In this document: piece by piece, positions 1 to 11,990 of the stretch
How the letters are laid out: each line of letters begins with the position of its first letter
How positions within the stretch are numbered: the stretch's first letter is position 1
From: Leucoraja erinacea
Lineage: Eukaryota
Direction of reading: 5' to 3'
NCBI RefSeq assembly: GCF_028641065.1
Contig: NW_026576170.1
Coordinates: 124,001 to 169,644, forward strand
DNA length: 45,644 nt
Position numbers and translations under genes: made by a program
Notes under the pieces: generated by a model
What the model saw: only the letters and a program-made list of their open reading frames with translations
What the model was told of the DNA's origin: nothing
Databases searched by the model: none

Positions 1-474
1 GGTCACAACCACTCTTGCAAATCAACAACTTCCGTCTCCAACCCCCCGCGCACAATCACCAGCTGCAGCTAACAGTTTCTGACAGTTGGCACCAGCGCCA
101 ATCCGCCCCGCCCTCACTTCCTTCCTCTGCTTTGGCTGTGAACCGCCTTACCTACTGCAGCAGTTTGCTGCCACGGATACGTGTTGGAACTGTAGGCAAG
201 GGGTTTTGTGAAATTTGTGTTTCTAACCGGCCAGCAGTTGTTTTGGACTGCAGAGTGACCAATGCAGCAAACGGCAAGGGGACTCTCTGATCCAACCGTT
301 AAACATATCTTGAATTAAAGATCAGCGGGTTCAAGTTGAGACGAGTCTGATAGCGCCTGAATAACGGACGCCAGGAGACTGTCGATAATCAACTCCACAA
401 CAGTCGATCGCTTAACATGTCCCCATCAACGTCTGGAATTACTCAATATCTGTGTGCACGTATACACAATCATT

Positions 475-660
475 TGTCCATGCACGGATGATAGCAGAAA
501 GCCACTTGGCCTCCGCAAGCCATTGCCATCCGTGGAATGAATCATAATTTAATCTTACTTTAATGAACTTATGTTTTCCCCATCTCTACGGTACCCTATT
601 CACGAATGGCAATGGCCTGTGGAGGCAAAGTGGCTTTCTGCTATCACCCGTGCATGGACA
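475..660. repeat. 60-bp inverted repeat (hairpin)
   Basis: 475-534 is the reverse complement of 601-660 with 5 mismatches. Confidence 0.9.
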
Positions 661-992
661 GGCTAAATGCAGGAAGATGATTCCCGATTGGGGAAGTCCC
701 AACTAGGGGTCACAGTTTCAGGATACGTGGGAAGTATTTTAGGACCGGGATGAGAAAATCATTGTTTACACAGAGAGTGGTGAATCTGTGGAATTCTCTG
801 CCACAGAAGGTAGTTGAGGCCAGTTCATTGGCTATATTTAAGAGGGATTTGGATGTGGCCCTGGTGGCTAAAGGGATCAGGGGATATGGAGAGAAGGCAG
901 GGAAGGGATGCTGAGTTGGATGATCATCCACTATCATATTGAATGGCGGTACAGGCTCGAATGGCCAACTCCTGCACCTAATTTCTATGTTT
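656..992 (+). mobile_element. CR1 LINE 3' end
   Basis: FTQRVVNLWNSLPQKVVEA-type ORF2 C-terminus and a ctatgttt tail, shared with many copies in the window. Confidence 0.85.
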
Positions 993-1134
993 CATAATAA
1001 AACAGAAAACGATGGAAATACTTAGCAGGTCAGGCCGCATCCGTGTGCTGATAGACACATTTAAACTTTTACGTCAAACCGGAAAGGAGAGAAGGCACGC
1101 GCCTTGAGCTGCGTACTCCGCTGGGAGGTGGCTG

Positions 1135-1456
1135 ATTTGGAGGCCGGGCCGCTGAGGTTGTTCTTCGTCGGGGTTCGACATCGGGGTTCCATCATTCCCG
1201 GCGAGATGGCCTAAGCATCGGGCCGCCCGAGGCGGCGACTACGGGGTGCGCGGGAGGCCCCGACCACGGGTGAACATCTGGGAAGATCAGCCAGGAGGCT
1301 GACTGGAGTTTTGTTCCTCCCTAACGTTGGTGCCGCTGTGGGAATGGTGTGTCGTGGACTTCTGTGTTTATGCTTAAAAAAAAAAATTATGACTGTAAGG
1401 AAAATCCATTTCGTTGTCTCTAATGAGACAATGACAATAAATTGAATCCAATCCAA
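1135..1456 (+). mobile_element. GC-rich non-autonomous retroelement with Rex1/Babar-like tail
   Basis: Ends atttcgttgtctc...gacaatgacaataaa plus a short tandem tail, like the Rex1-type tail at ~44230-44310. Confidence 0.55.
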
Positions 1457-1929
1457 AGATGGCCAGAAGAGTAAATACACAAGAAACTGCAGATTCTGGA
1501 ATCTTGAGCAAAACTGAATGTGCTGGAGGAACTCAGCAGACTAAACATCATCTGGGGTGCGAAACGATAGGGTCTGAAGAACGGTCCTGGGCAGGAAAGT
1601 AGTCTGTCCATGGCTTCCACAGATGCTGCCTGACCAACGAAGTCCCTCTTTGTGATTTAGTTCAAAGAAAGTTCTACGGGCGGTGATGACGGCAGCCTTC
1701 GCCAATAACCACACCGACACTTGCAGTAGAGTGAAATTACGTGATATGTTTTACTTACATAATTATCAACCGCATGGGGGCACTGTCCCTCGCCATCAAG
1801 GCGCATGTGCGACGACGCTGGGATTAATACGGAGAATTGGTTCAAGTGATTGAAATGATTCAAGTGCTCAACGAATATCAACTAATTGGACCCAGCTGTG
1901 ATCAATCTCAGATCGATCAGTCAGTGACA

Positions 1930-2206
1930 GGGATCAAGCAGCAGATAAGGCAGGGGGCGCCGTTACAAACGGCGTGTCACTTATTGGGTAATACCCAAGG
2001 CACAGCCACCATCCCTCTCCTCCAAAGTTTCCTCCAACCGTCCCCCCCCTCCACCCCCACGCCCCATCCACGCACCCCCCCCCCCCCACATAAAACAGGC
2101 TAAAGAACACTAAAAACGTACATTTAACACATACTATCAAACACAAAGGAAAGAAAGGACAAACAGACTGTAGGCGAGGCAGCCATTGCTGGCGCCACCC
2201 GGTGGA
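1930..2206 (-). mobile_element. 5' part of GC-rich interspersed repeat
   Basis: Head ggtggcgccagcaatggctgcctcgcc and a poly-G/C tract, related to 20150-20280, 36190-36365 and 41735-41920. Confidence 0.5.
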
Positions 2207-2616
2207 GCAATAAAGCAATCCATCGAACCAAGGTGCATGTATGATTATTTTCCAATAGTTTACAGCGGAAGTTGTATTCCCACCTTTCCTTCCCCACCAT
2301 ATCTATTTTTCGACACCATCGTTTTTAGCTGTTTGCAATCTACCGATGTACTGATTCCGCTGTCTTGTGCAGAAATAACACAGCCAGTCATTTCATTTTC
2401 AGCAGCCGCTTTCCTTATCCGGCATTTGGCCGCCATTAAATGCGGATAATACAAATCCACATGTCCATGCTGGAAGCCTTCTTAATAGCGACAAATACGC
2501 TATTTGGCCGTTTCCGTTATTCCACTTATCAAGTACAATATTGTAATGTTCCTGCGTGAGTGTCTCGGCCTCTGTTGTAAGCAGCGCACATGCTGCATGT
2601 ATTGGAAATCTCCGGC

Positions 2617-2655
2617 AGTTATTGTACGAGGCCCCAGCCCACTCCCATCATTGTG
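2617..2655 (-). other. 23-RSS of V1
   Basis: Minus strand CACAATG, 23-bp spacer, ACAATAACT (consensus CACAGTG/ACAAAAACC). Confidence 0.9.
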
Positions 2656-2959
2656 AGCCTCAGTGCACAAAGATATACCGCCGTGTCAGACAGCTGCAAA
2701 TCCGAGATTGCCAAATAATACGTTTTGCTTGAACGCTGAACGTAATCAGAAATGCGGGTCCGAGCGAATTCTGCCCTGAAATCTAAATTGCCTTCGATGA
2801 AACGCCCGACCGCAACTTCCGGTCGCTTGCTTGGGTGCTGGCGGTACCAGAATAAGGAAGAAATATCGCTGGTGTATGTGCAGACTAAAGTTGCAGTTTC
2901 TCCTTCTGCCCTTGTCAGCGTGGGATCCCTCTGAGACACAACGTTTCCATTGCTCTGAC
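2656..2959 (-). CDS. TRAV/TRDV: TCR alpha/delta-type V exon (V1); open frame but leader looks defective, possibly ORF/pseudogene
   Basis: Splice acceptor ttccag|GT CAG AGC AAT. Translation GQSNGNVVSQRDPTLTRAEGETATLVCTY...LFWYRQ...YLAISDLQLSDTAVYLCALR has the conserved Cys, WYRQ and D-x-A-x-Y-x-C of an Ig V domain, followed directly by an RSS. Confidence 0.9.
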
Positions 2960-3211
2960 CTGGAACACAGTTGAAAAACGCGTGACATGGATCATTAGAT
3001 TGGATTTAAATAATGCTTGCAGGATTTGGGTGTGTCAGATTGCAACCTTCACGTGGTCCGCCCTGTTTCAACGAGTGCAATGAACCTGGCGTGCCACAAT
3101 CAAATAAGATCAAATAGAACACGTTGGCCTACAACTTTAGGCTGTGCACGCCATACGCAAGAATAAGAAGTAGCAGGATTCGGAGCGGGCAACAGCTGTG
3201 GAATAAATATA

Positions 3212-3526
3212 GGGCGGCACAGTGGTGCAGCGGAAGAGTTGCTGCCTTACAGCACTTACCTGGGTTCGATCCTGGCTACGGGTGCTTGTCTGTACGGAGT
3301 TGGTACGATTTTTTCCCGTGACCTGGGTGGGGTCTCTCCGAGCACTTCCGTTTCCACCCACAGTCTAAGACGTACAGGTTTGTAGGTTAATTGGCTTGGT
3401 ATAAACGAAAATTAAATGGCCCTCGTGCAGGATGGTATTAATGTGCGGGGATGGTTAGTCTGTGAGACCTCGGTGGGCCGAATGGCCTGTATCTGCGCTG
3501 TGTCTATAAACTAAATTAAACTAAAC
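3212..3526 (+). mobile_element. tRNA-derived SINE in the presumed V1 leader intron
   Basis: A-box-like cagtggtgcagcgg, B-box-like ggttcgatcc and a (taaac)n tail. Related copies at ~23100-23395 (-) and ~37613-37900 (+). Confidence 0.8.
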
Positions 3527-3651
3527 TTACGGAGGAGAATTGTGATTCATGGGTAAATAGGAATGCGCGAGCATCAATCCCAGGACATACCTCCACAACT
3601 CCCTTTGGCATACTCAACTTACATCCCCACATTTCACTCGCAGTGACCACC

Positions 3652-3683
3652 TATTTATACTGTGCCTGATACACTATTTGCAT
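3652..3683 (-). promoter_or_regulatory. Octamer + TATA promoter candidate for V1
   Basis: Minus strand ATGCAAAT (3676-3683), 16 bp, then TATAAATA (3652-3659). It lies upstream of a leader-like frame ELWRYVLGLMLAHSYLP (~3551-3601). Confidence 0.5.
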
Positions 3684-5225
3684 GAGTTTGTAACACTACA
3701 AAAAGCCACCCAAGCATTCCACATAATATTGTTCTCCTCTATATCCCGCTGGGTTTATCAGTTATGAGATATATAAGACCATAAGTTGAAATTACAACAC
3801 AGAACAGAGAATAGTGTAGCACATGAATAGATCCTTCAGCGCACAATATCCGTTTCGAGGATGACGTAGATAAACGGATCTAATTTGCCGCTTGTACCGT
3901 TCCCTGCCTAGCCACGTGCCGCTCCGTAAATCCTTAAATGCCACTATCTTACACGGCTCGACCACCGTACCTGTTTCATGTACACAGCACACTCTGTGTA
4001 AAAACAATACCTACACTACACCACTGCTTGAAATTTCGTCCCTCTCACCTTAACGCAACCCCCTCTTATTCTCGGGATTTCCACCCTGGGAAAAAAAATG
4101 TTCCCACAGGCTATGTGCCTCGTAATTTGATGTACTCCTATAAGGTCTCCAGCTTTCGACATTCCCGAGAAAACATTGCAAAGTTGTTTTTAAGTTCTCC
4201 TTATTGCTAATCCATGCAGCATGTTGGTAAATTTATACTGAGCTGGACCCTTTTCCTCTATGCAACACCTTGGTTAGCTGTTTGCTTACTGGACAATAAT
4301 ACCCCATTCATTCTGGTGGTAATAATCTAATGACGATTATAGAGACGTAGAGTGATACAGTGTGGAAACAACCCTTCGGCCCAATTTGCCCACATCGGCC
4401 TACAAGTCCCAGCTACATTCGTTCCACTTTTAAGTTGCAGAAATGGTGGTGGAAGGCGGTGGAAGGACGAACAGTTCTATAAATGTTTAACGGGGCATCT
4501 GATTTTTTTTAATGTCTTCTTTTTGACGATAAACCAAACTTCATAAAAAAAGATTTAATTTTCTTACCGATAATCAGTGCAACCAATGTAACGGGTGCAA
4601 ATAGTTGCATTTTAACTGCTCGCGGATACTATGATCGTTTGAGCGTCAAATTCGCATAGATAATCTCGCAACTGTTATAGCAATAAGAAGTACAAATAGC
4701 TGAGTACATTGGCTGAAGCTGGACTGATGTCATTTCCGTGCAGAACACCAATCAAAAGGATTCCACTGCGGTGAACAATTAATCCAATACATTTATATTT
4801 ATTTAGAACAACTCCCACAGTTATTAATGACAGAGAATAGTTAAACCTGCGTCATTAAACACATGGCTTCCACTGTGTTCTTTTCCACCAGATACAGTTA
4901 GGTAAAAACGTGAGACACAATTCGCAAGTTGACAAAGCCAACTGGACGCAAGTAGTTTGCGGGGCGAAGAACGCTGCAGTATAGGAGAGTCAGAGGGGAC
5001 ATTCGGTATGTGATGGCGCTCTCCAAATAACAACTCATGAGAGTATATTTCGTTGATTGTTTCAGTTGTATATCATGGCAGAATGGTAGGAATGCTTCAA
5101 AAAAAGACAGAGTAATCTCGAAACAAGGTTGTAATGAGATGACGGTTGTATTAATGTAGTGAGAGAGAATGGGGGAGTGAACCATTATTTATGAAAAAGG
5201 TGTGGCTCGTTTTAAAGATTTTGGC

Positions 5226-5244
5226 TAGCTCCATCTGCTGGCGA
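5226..5244 (-). promoter_or_regulatory. CTCF-like motif
   Basis: Minus strand TCGCCAGCAGATGGAGCTA. Confidence 0.45.
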
Positions 5245-5799
5245 CTTAGTATCAATTATACTGCGCTGCATCGCGGAGTTCGTGGCACGGCAGTGCACGG
5301 CGGAGTCGGATGTTGGTCTTTTACCTGTTGTTCCCTTGGTTGGCTTGTTAGTTTCGTGCAGCGAACGGGCGAATCGTTTAAATCGTTTGACTACAGATAA
5401 TACAGCTACCAAAGAAGCTCACGTCGCCTGTTCCCGTCGCCCTTTCCTCACCTGTTTCCTAAAATACATCTCCCTCAAGAAAACAAATATACAGCTATTT
5501 CTGGAATTGAGTTTTCGATAGTAAACTACTTGGACATCATTTACTCCCTGCCCTCGATTCGATCACTCTTTATATTTGTGATTTCTCGGACACTGGTATT
5601 TATGTCAGTGGTGATTAGTAGTAAATAATCCCATCAGAATCTATGATCCTAGGTGATGTTTGCCGCAGTGACGGCAAAAATACTTCGCGGGCTATTCGCA
5701 TCCGTGAAACGCTTCATAATTCCTACCGTTCACGGTATGTCGTTCGACACATAGGCGGGAGTCTGCGACATTTTAAATAATTGACTTAGGGGAAGGACA

Positions 5800-6525
5800 A
5801 CGGGGATCAGGGTGGTCCTTGTACATCGATCTATAAAAGTAAGCATGCCGTTACAGCAGGCAGTGAAGAAAGCGAATGGCATGTTGGCCTTTATAACAAG
5901 AGGAATCGATGTAGGAGCAAATAGGCCGTTCTGCACTATTACGGAGCCCTAGTGAGACCACACCTAGAGTATTGTGTGTAGTTTTGGTCCCCTAATTTGA
6001 GGAAGGACCTTCTTGGTATTGAGGGAGCCCAGCGCAGGTTTACAAGGTTAATTCCCGGGATGGCGGGACTGTCATATGCTGAGAGAATGGAGCAGCTGGG
6101 TTTGTACACTCTGGAGTTTGGAAGGATGAGAGGGTATCTCTTTGAAACATATACGATTGTTAAGGGTTTAGACACGCTGGAGGCAGGAAACATGGGAGAG
6201 TCCAGAACCAGGTGCCACAGTTTAAGAATGAGGAATAAACCATTTAGAACGGAGACGACAAAACACTTTTTCGCATTGAGAGTGGTGAGTCTGTGGAACT
6301 TTCTGCCTCAGAGGGTGGTGGAGACCGGTGCTCTGGATGCTTTTAAGAGAGAACTAGATAGGGCTCTTAAAAATAACGGAGTCAGGGGATATGGGGAGAA
6401 AGCAGGAACGGGGTAGTGATTGGGGGTGATCAGCCATGATCACATTGAAAGGCGGTGCTGGCACGAAGGGCCGAATGGACTACTCCTGCACCTAGTGTAT
6501 TGGCTATTGTCTATTGTCTATTGAC
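5800..6525 (+). mobile_element. CR1 LINE 3' fragment (ORF2 C-terminus and tail)
   Basis: ORF 5997-6416 ([29 protein letters not shown]) and a (ctattgt)n tail. Confidence 0.9.
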
Positions 6526-6812
6526 TTTGTTTGCGTTCCATGAAAATACCGTCGACGATATCCAACCGGGAAGGTATGTATGAGAAGCGCTACTATCTTG
6601 CTCAAGATTTGCACGTGGATTATCAAGTGAAATTGGCTTTTGAGTCGATTTCGTGGAAAAGAAAACTGACGCTCCGCTTCTGAAATAGAAACTACGCTCT
6701 CGCGGTGACCAAAATTGCAATGCCACTTACAGGTAAGTATAGGCATCGACATAAATCTATTCATTTGGGGAAAAACGAGTGTTGGCAAAGTAGTAGCCAA
6801 AACTAATCCTTG

Positions 6813-7026
6813 ATAGACACAAAAAGCTGGAACAAATCAGCGGGACAGGCAGCATCTCTGGAGAGAAGAATGCGTGACGTTTCGGGCCGAAATCTTTCTT
6901 CAGACGTCTCGACACGAAACCTCATCCATTCCTTCTCTCCAGGGATGCTGCCTGTCCCATTGTGTTTCTCCAGCTTTTTCTGTCTACCTTCGGTTTGAAC
7001 CAGCATCTGCAGTTCCTTTCGACACA
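6813..7026. mobile_element. Palindromic Penelope-like non-autonomous element
   Basis: Two imperfect inverted arms around gacgtttcgggccgaaa...cttcagac / gtctcgacacgaaac. Same family as 8310-8415, 14080-14247 and 29915-30077. Confidence 0.65.
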
Positions 7027-7378
7027 AATTTAATCCTCGTCGTGTGAGATCATGATGGGGCGGCCCCCTTTGGACTGTAAGTGGAAAAATGCAACGGACA
7101 GACCCAGGGACACATTTTTCTGCAATATCGATTCCTTTTGCACTCGCGTAGCTGCAGGAGTTTCAGCTATATGCACTAGTTGCATCTACTTTGTCGGGAT
7201 AGGTTCGATTATGTGCTAGTTTCGAACCCCCTAGAGCAAATGTATTTGAAAATTCCTTTGAAAACCGTTGAAACAATTAGCGATCGATAAGGATCATGTA
7301 GCGGACTGCACAGTGTACCCATGGGAACAAAGAATGCCGTCCTTTTCTCTATATCGTGTCTTCTTGTTCCTTTGGGCC

Positions 7379-7397
7379 ACCTCGCCCCCTGGCGAGT
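7379..7397 (-). promoter_or_regulatory. CTCF-like motif just 3' of the V2 RSS
   Basis: Minus strand ACTCGCCAGGGGGCGAGGT, 22 bp beyond the nonamer. Confidence 0.5.
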
Positions 7398-7419
7398 GCT
7401 CACGAGATTGGAAATGGTA

Positions 7420-7458
7420 AGTTTTTGTTCGGGTCCGTTATACGTCGGTGGCAGTGTG
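7420..7458 (-). other. 23-RSS of V2
   Basis: Minus strand CACACTG, 23-bp spacer, ACAAAAACT. Confidence 0.9.
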
Positions 7459-7938
7459 GGGTTCATGACACAGAAGTACACGGCAGATTCGGAGATCACG
7501 GACTTGCGGATCGTCAGCTCGGTATTCTTGGCAGTTTTATTGAACGTAGAAGAGATTCGGTCTGTGAGGTATCTCGTTCCAGTGTGTGTCCCCCTTGTAA
7601 TCTGAAGCAGGTAATACGGAGGCTGGCCAGGGCGCTGGATGTACCAGTAGACATATGGGTATGGATCGGTTGTTTTCAAGGTGCAGGTTAGGTTGATGTT
7701 ACATCCCTCTTCGGACATAATTTCTCCCACCAGTTGTTCCACTGAGTCTTGCAGGCTCCAATCGAATAAAGGCAATACAACTGTCATCAAGATTACCTTT
7801 CTCAAACAAGCTATTTTTATTCCAGCGAGATAAACATCCGTATTAATGAGGTCAAATGAACCCTGCAATTTTAATGGGAAGTAAATCCTCACTAAGAAGT
7901 AACGCAATGATAAGGAGCGGCGCTAATTGTGTCTTCAT
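7459..7938 (-). CDS. TRAV/TRDV: TCR alpha/delta-type V gene (V2): leader exon 7893-7938, V exon ~7459-7780
   Basis: 46-bp leader MKTQLAPLLIIALLL followed by a gtgagg donor. V exon DSVEQ...LTCTLK...YWYIQRPGQPP...ELTIRKSVISESAVYFCVMN, followed by an RSS. Confidence 0.9.
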
Positions 7939-8317
7939 GATGCTTGCTGTGTTTGTAAATTTGTGGTCATCCGTGACGGTCTGTTTCAGCTAAAAGACTA
8001 CATGCCCCACCCGCGTTGATCAGCTGCGCAAACCAATCGCAAGCAGCTACACCCAGAAACGCCACTTCAGTAACACTGGCAAGGAAATGCACGGAACCCG
8101 AGCAGCATTCTTAAGATGTAGACCGGTCCGCGACAAGAGTGGGGGACTGGATAAAGCCTGTAGGGGGCAGAAGGTCACAAGAATCCCTCAGTGGCAACAG
8201 GAGCTGCTGGAGCTGGAGGTAGTTGAAGGGAAGATTGTGACGCAAGTGGCTTGCCGAGCCATCGACTGCGTATGGAGGTAGTGAAGCGAAACGGTATGAA
8301 TGGACATTATTTCCTTC

Positions 8318-8415
8318 GCAGTCTAAGGAAGGGTTTCGGCCCGAAACGTTGCCTATTTCCTTCGCTCAATAGATGCTGCTGCACCCGCTGAGTTTCTCCA
8401 GCATTTTTGTGTACA
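8318..8415 (+). mobile_element. Penelope-like element half copy
   Basis: gtctaaggaagggtttcggcccgaaacgttgcctatttccttcgc...tccagcatttttgtgtac. Confidence 0.6.
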
Positions 8416-9164
8416 TTAGCAGAGATATTGTGACCTGGGCATGTGACAAACACGAGATATCTTTATGTCGTCAGCCCAGATTTCCCGTTTACGAGGCTCG
8501 TAAGATAAAACATATTCTACTCTGTCATCGAACATTTTAGTCAGAATATATAGCGGTGAACAGTAACCTCCAGATTTTGAATCATAGGGAGCTTCCAGGA
8601 ATGATTTAGATCTGATTAACAAACATAGATGGCCTATTATTCCTATAGGGCGGGCTGGGCGCATGACAGAGAAACACACAGACAAATAAATATTAAGAGA
8701 AGATAATAGGTGAGGAAATGTTAAATTGCACAGCACGTGACCGGAGACGTTGAACAGAGTAACGTTAAGTGCGGTGTTTGCATTCACAATTATGATCATT
8801 TATTGGCATACTTTCTTCAGGTTGACATGTAATAGATCAGCCAGTTTGGAAGCACTTGGCAACAGTGCGACAAAGACATGAACAAAGCAACACAATGACT
8901 ATCTTCTAACTGTGGAAAGTATGCGCCATCTTCATTGGTAATTGTAATTTATCTGGAGAGGAATACACTTAAATACACTGAAATTGATCATTCCAATGGA
9001 ATTGTGATCTTTTCTTTCTTATTCCAGCGAAGAACAAGAAACTCAGTAAATGAAATGGGCAATAACCTCGATATTTACTTTTAGCTGTAGAATCTGCGAA
9101 TGCTGACCAGATGTAATTTGCTTCCATGTCGACTTATGCTTGAAGGTATCTAGCACTCATGGTA

Positions 9165-10985
9165 TGACATATAGACAATAGACAATAGACCATAGCCAAT
9201 AGGTGCATGTTTCCTGCCTCTAGCATGTCCACGCCCTTAAAAATCGTACATGTTTCAATGATATCTCCTCTCGTCCTTCTAAGCTCCAGAGTGTACAAGC
9301 CCAGCTGCTCCATTCTCTCAGCATTCGGCTCTTCGAGCCATCACCACCGTTCAATATGATCCTGGCTGATCGTCCAGAATCAGTACCCTGTCCCTGCTTT
9401 CTCCTCATATCCCTTGATTCTGTTGTCCGAAGAGCAAAGTCTAACTCTCGCTTGAATACATCGAGTGAATTGGCCTCCACTGCCTTCTGTGCCGGATAAT
9501 TCCATAGATTCAAAGCTCTCTTGTTGAAAACGATTTTCCTCATCCCAGTCCCAAATAGCCTACCCCTTATTCTTAAATTGTGACCCCTGGTTCTCGACTC
9601 CCAACATCGGAAACATTTGTCCTCTATAATTCCTTAAGAATCTTATATGTTTCTATAAGATCCCCTTTCACCCTTCTAAATTCCAGTGGATATAAACCCA
9701 GTCGATCCATCCTTTCACCATATTTCAGTCCCGCAAGAATGCCCTTCCTCAAATAAGGAGACCAAAACTGCGGTCTCGCCAGGATCGCTTTGCTCCTTTA
9801 CACACATCCTCTCGCTATGAAAGCCAACATGCCATTAGCTTTCTTCATTGCCTGTTATACCTGCATGCTTACTTTCAGTGTTTAATGTACAAGGACACCA
9901 GTGTCCTGTTGACACTCCCCTTTTCCAAATCTGACACAATTTAGATAATAATCTGCCTTCTTGTTCTTGCCACCAATGTGCATAAACTCACATGTATCCA
10001 CATTATACTGCATCTGACTTGCATCTGCCCACGCACCGAACCAAGTCACCAGGCAGTCTCATCGCATTCTCCTCGCAGCTCACACTGCCACCCAGCTTTG
10101 TGTCATCCGCAAACATGGAGATGTTGCATTTAATTCCTTCGTCTAAATCGTTAATATATATTGTAAATAACTGGGGTCCCACCACTTAGCCTTACGGCAC
10201 CCCACGGGTCACTGCATGCCATTCTGAAAAGGCCCGTCATTTCCTGCTCCTTACATCCTGCCTGCCAACCAGTTCTTTATCCGTGTCAATAGCCCACCCC
10301 CAATACAATGTGCTGCAATTTTGCACACTAATCTCCTGTGGTGGACCTTGTCAAAGCTTTTTTGAAAGTCCAGATACACCACATCCACTGGCACTCCCTT
10401 ATCCATCCTACTTGTTACGTCCTCAAAAAAATCCCGAAGATTTGTCAAGCATGATTTCCCCTTCAGAAATCAATGATAAGTCTGACCTATCCTGTCACTG
10501 CTATCCAAATGCGGTTCTATTAATCTATTAATAATCGATTCAAGCATCCTCCTCTCTACCAATGTCAACCTAACTGGTCTATAGTTCCCCGTTTTCTCTC
10601 TTCCTCCTTTCATTATAAAAAGTGGTACATTAGCTATCCTCCAGTCCGCAGGAACTAATTCACAGTAAAAAAAACTGATCACCAATGCAAGCACGATTTC
10701 TCGACCCACCTCCGTGGCTACTCTGAGATGCAGACCATCAGGTCCTGGTGATTTATCTGTCTTCAGTCCCAACATTTTACCCAACAATATTTCATGACTA
10801 ATGTGAATTTCCTTCAGTTCCTCAATCACGATAGAACCTCGATTCTCTAATATTTCTGGGAGATTGTTTCTGTCTTCCGTAAGTAAGTACTTGTTAAACT
10901 GGTCTGTAATTCCTTGCTTTCCATTGTAAATTTACCTGTAATTCTGTCTGTAAGGGACTTTTGACTACATTTATTGCATCAGCTG
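9165..10985 (-). mobile_element. Decayed, rearranged CR1 LINE ORF2 (RT)
   Basis: Fragments KSPGPDGLH, NYRPVRLT, VYLDFQKSFDKV and FADDTKL in shifting frames. Confidence 0.9.
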
Positions 10986-10997
10986 ACATTATATAAA

Positions 10998-11256
10998 GAA
11001 ACATAGAAACATTGAAAATAGGTGCAGGAGTAGGTCATTCGGCCCTTCGAGCCTGTACCGCCATTCAATATGATCATGGCTGATCATCCAACTCAGTATC
11101 CTGTAACTGCCTTCTCTCCATACCCCCTGATTCCTTTAGCCACAAGGACCACATCTAACTCCCGCTTAAATAAAGCCAATGAACTGGCCTCAACTACATT
11201 ATGTGGCAGAGAATTCCAGAGATTCACCACTCTCTGTGTAAAAAATGTTTTGCTCA
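10998..11256 (-). mobile_element. CR1 LINE 3' end
   Basis: gaaacata tail plus the same 3' region as 20406-20832 and 39011-39545. Confidence 0.85.
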
Positions 11257-11681
11257 TATTTACACTATCCACTAATATTTACATCTCAAGCCATGAATTT
11301 GTCATCTAACATCTAACTTCAAGCCAAGAATTTGTCCGTAGGTTTACTCTGTCCGCCTGTCCACTATTCGCATGTGGTGGAATGACCATGCGTGGACAGA
11401 GGATCGGCCAGCTGATGCGATATGTCTACGCAGAGAGAATAATTCAATTTGATACATCGTCAGAGAGATATACGGGAACAGCGCTTTGGGCCCAACTTGT
11501 CCATGCCGACCAAGATGCCCCTAGTGTAATTTTCCCGCGTTTGCACCATACCCCCCTACGCCTTCCGTATCCATATACCTGTCCACATGTGTTTCCAATA
11601 CAGTACCTGTCATACTACTCCCTCTGGCAGCACGTTCCATATACCGGGCACGCCATGTGTGAAACAGTGTGAATGCAGTGC

Positions 11682-11990
11682 AAAGGGCCTGTCCCTCGAG
11701 CATGCGACTCCATGCGGCAAGCGCGACCTAACGTGGTCGCTAGAGCCGTTCAGGCTCGCGTGGCCGGTCCCACTTCGATCGCCGGAGGCGTATGGAGTTG
11801 TGCCGAGCTGGTCCCGACATCGCGCGGGGCTCCGAAAAACTGACTGTGTTCAAAAATTCCGCGCGGCAACGGTCTGCCTGACCGCAGCCGCCTCGCCGCC
11901 TCGCCGCCTCGCCGCCTCGCCGCCTCGCCGCCGTGTCACTCACTCGACCTCCGCGCGGCTTCTGCTTCTGGTTTGGTCGCGCTCGCAGGA
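11682..11990. mobile_element. MITE-like DNA transposon fragment with internal (GCCGCCTC)n
   Basis: Starts aagggcctgtccc, similar to gcctctgtcccactt at 36440. About 5.7 copies of GCCGCCTC at 11887-11932. Confidence 0.45.

Noticed and set aside
2656-2959. V1 as a leaderless NAR-TCR supporting V or an IgH-like (TAILV) segment
   Set aside because: No CDR1 cysteine, no upstream NAR-type V/D/J seen, and the framework (WYRQ, CALR) is TCR-like.
4824-5033. CACTGTG at 4871 and a FYLTVSG peptide suggesting a V or J relic
   Set aside because: No nonamer at 12 or 23 bp, and no WYxQ, YxC or FGxG motif.
7209-7419. V2 ORF extension beyond the RSS as a non-rearranging receptor
   Set aside because: No J-like FGxG, transmembrane segment or clear exon structure, so it is most likely chance read-through.
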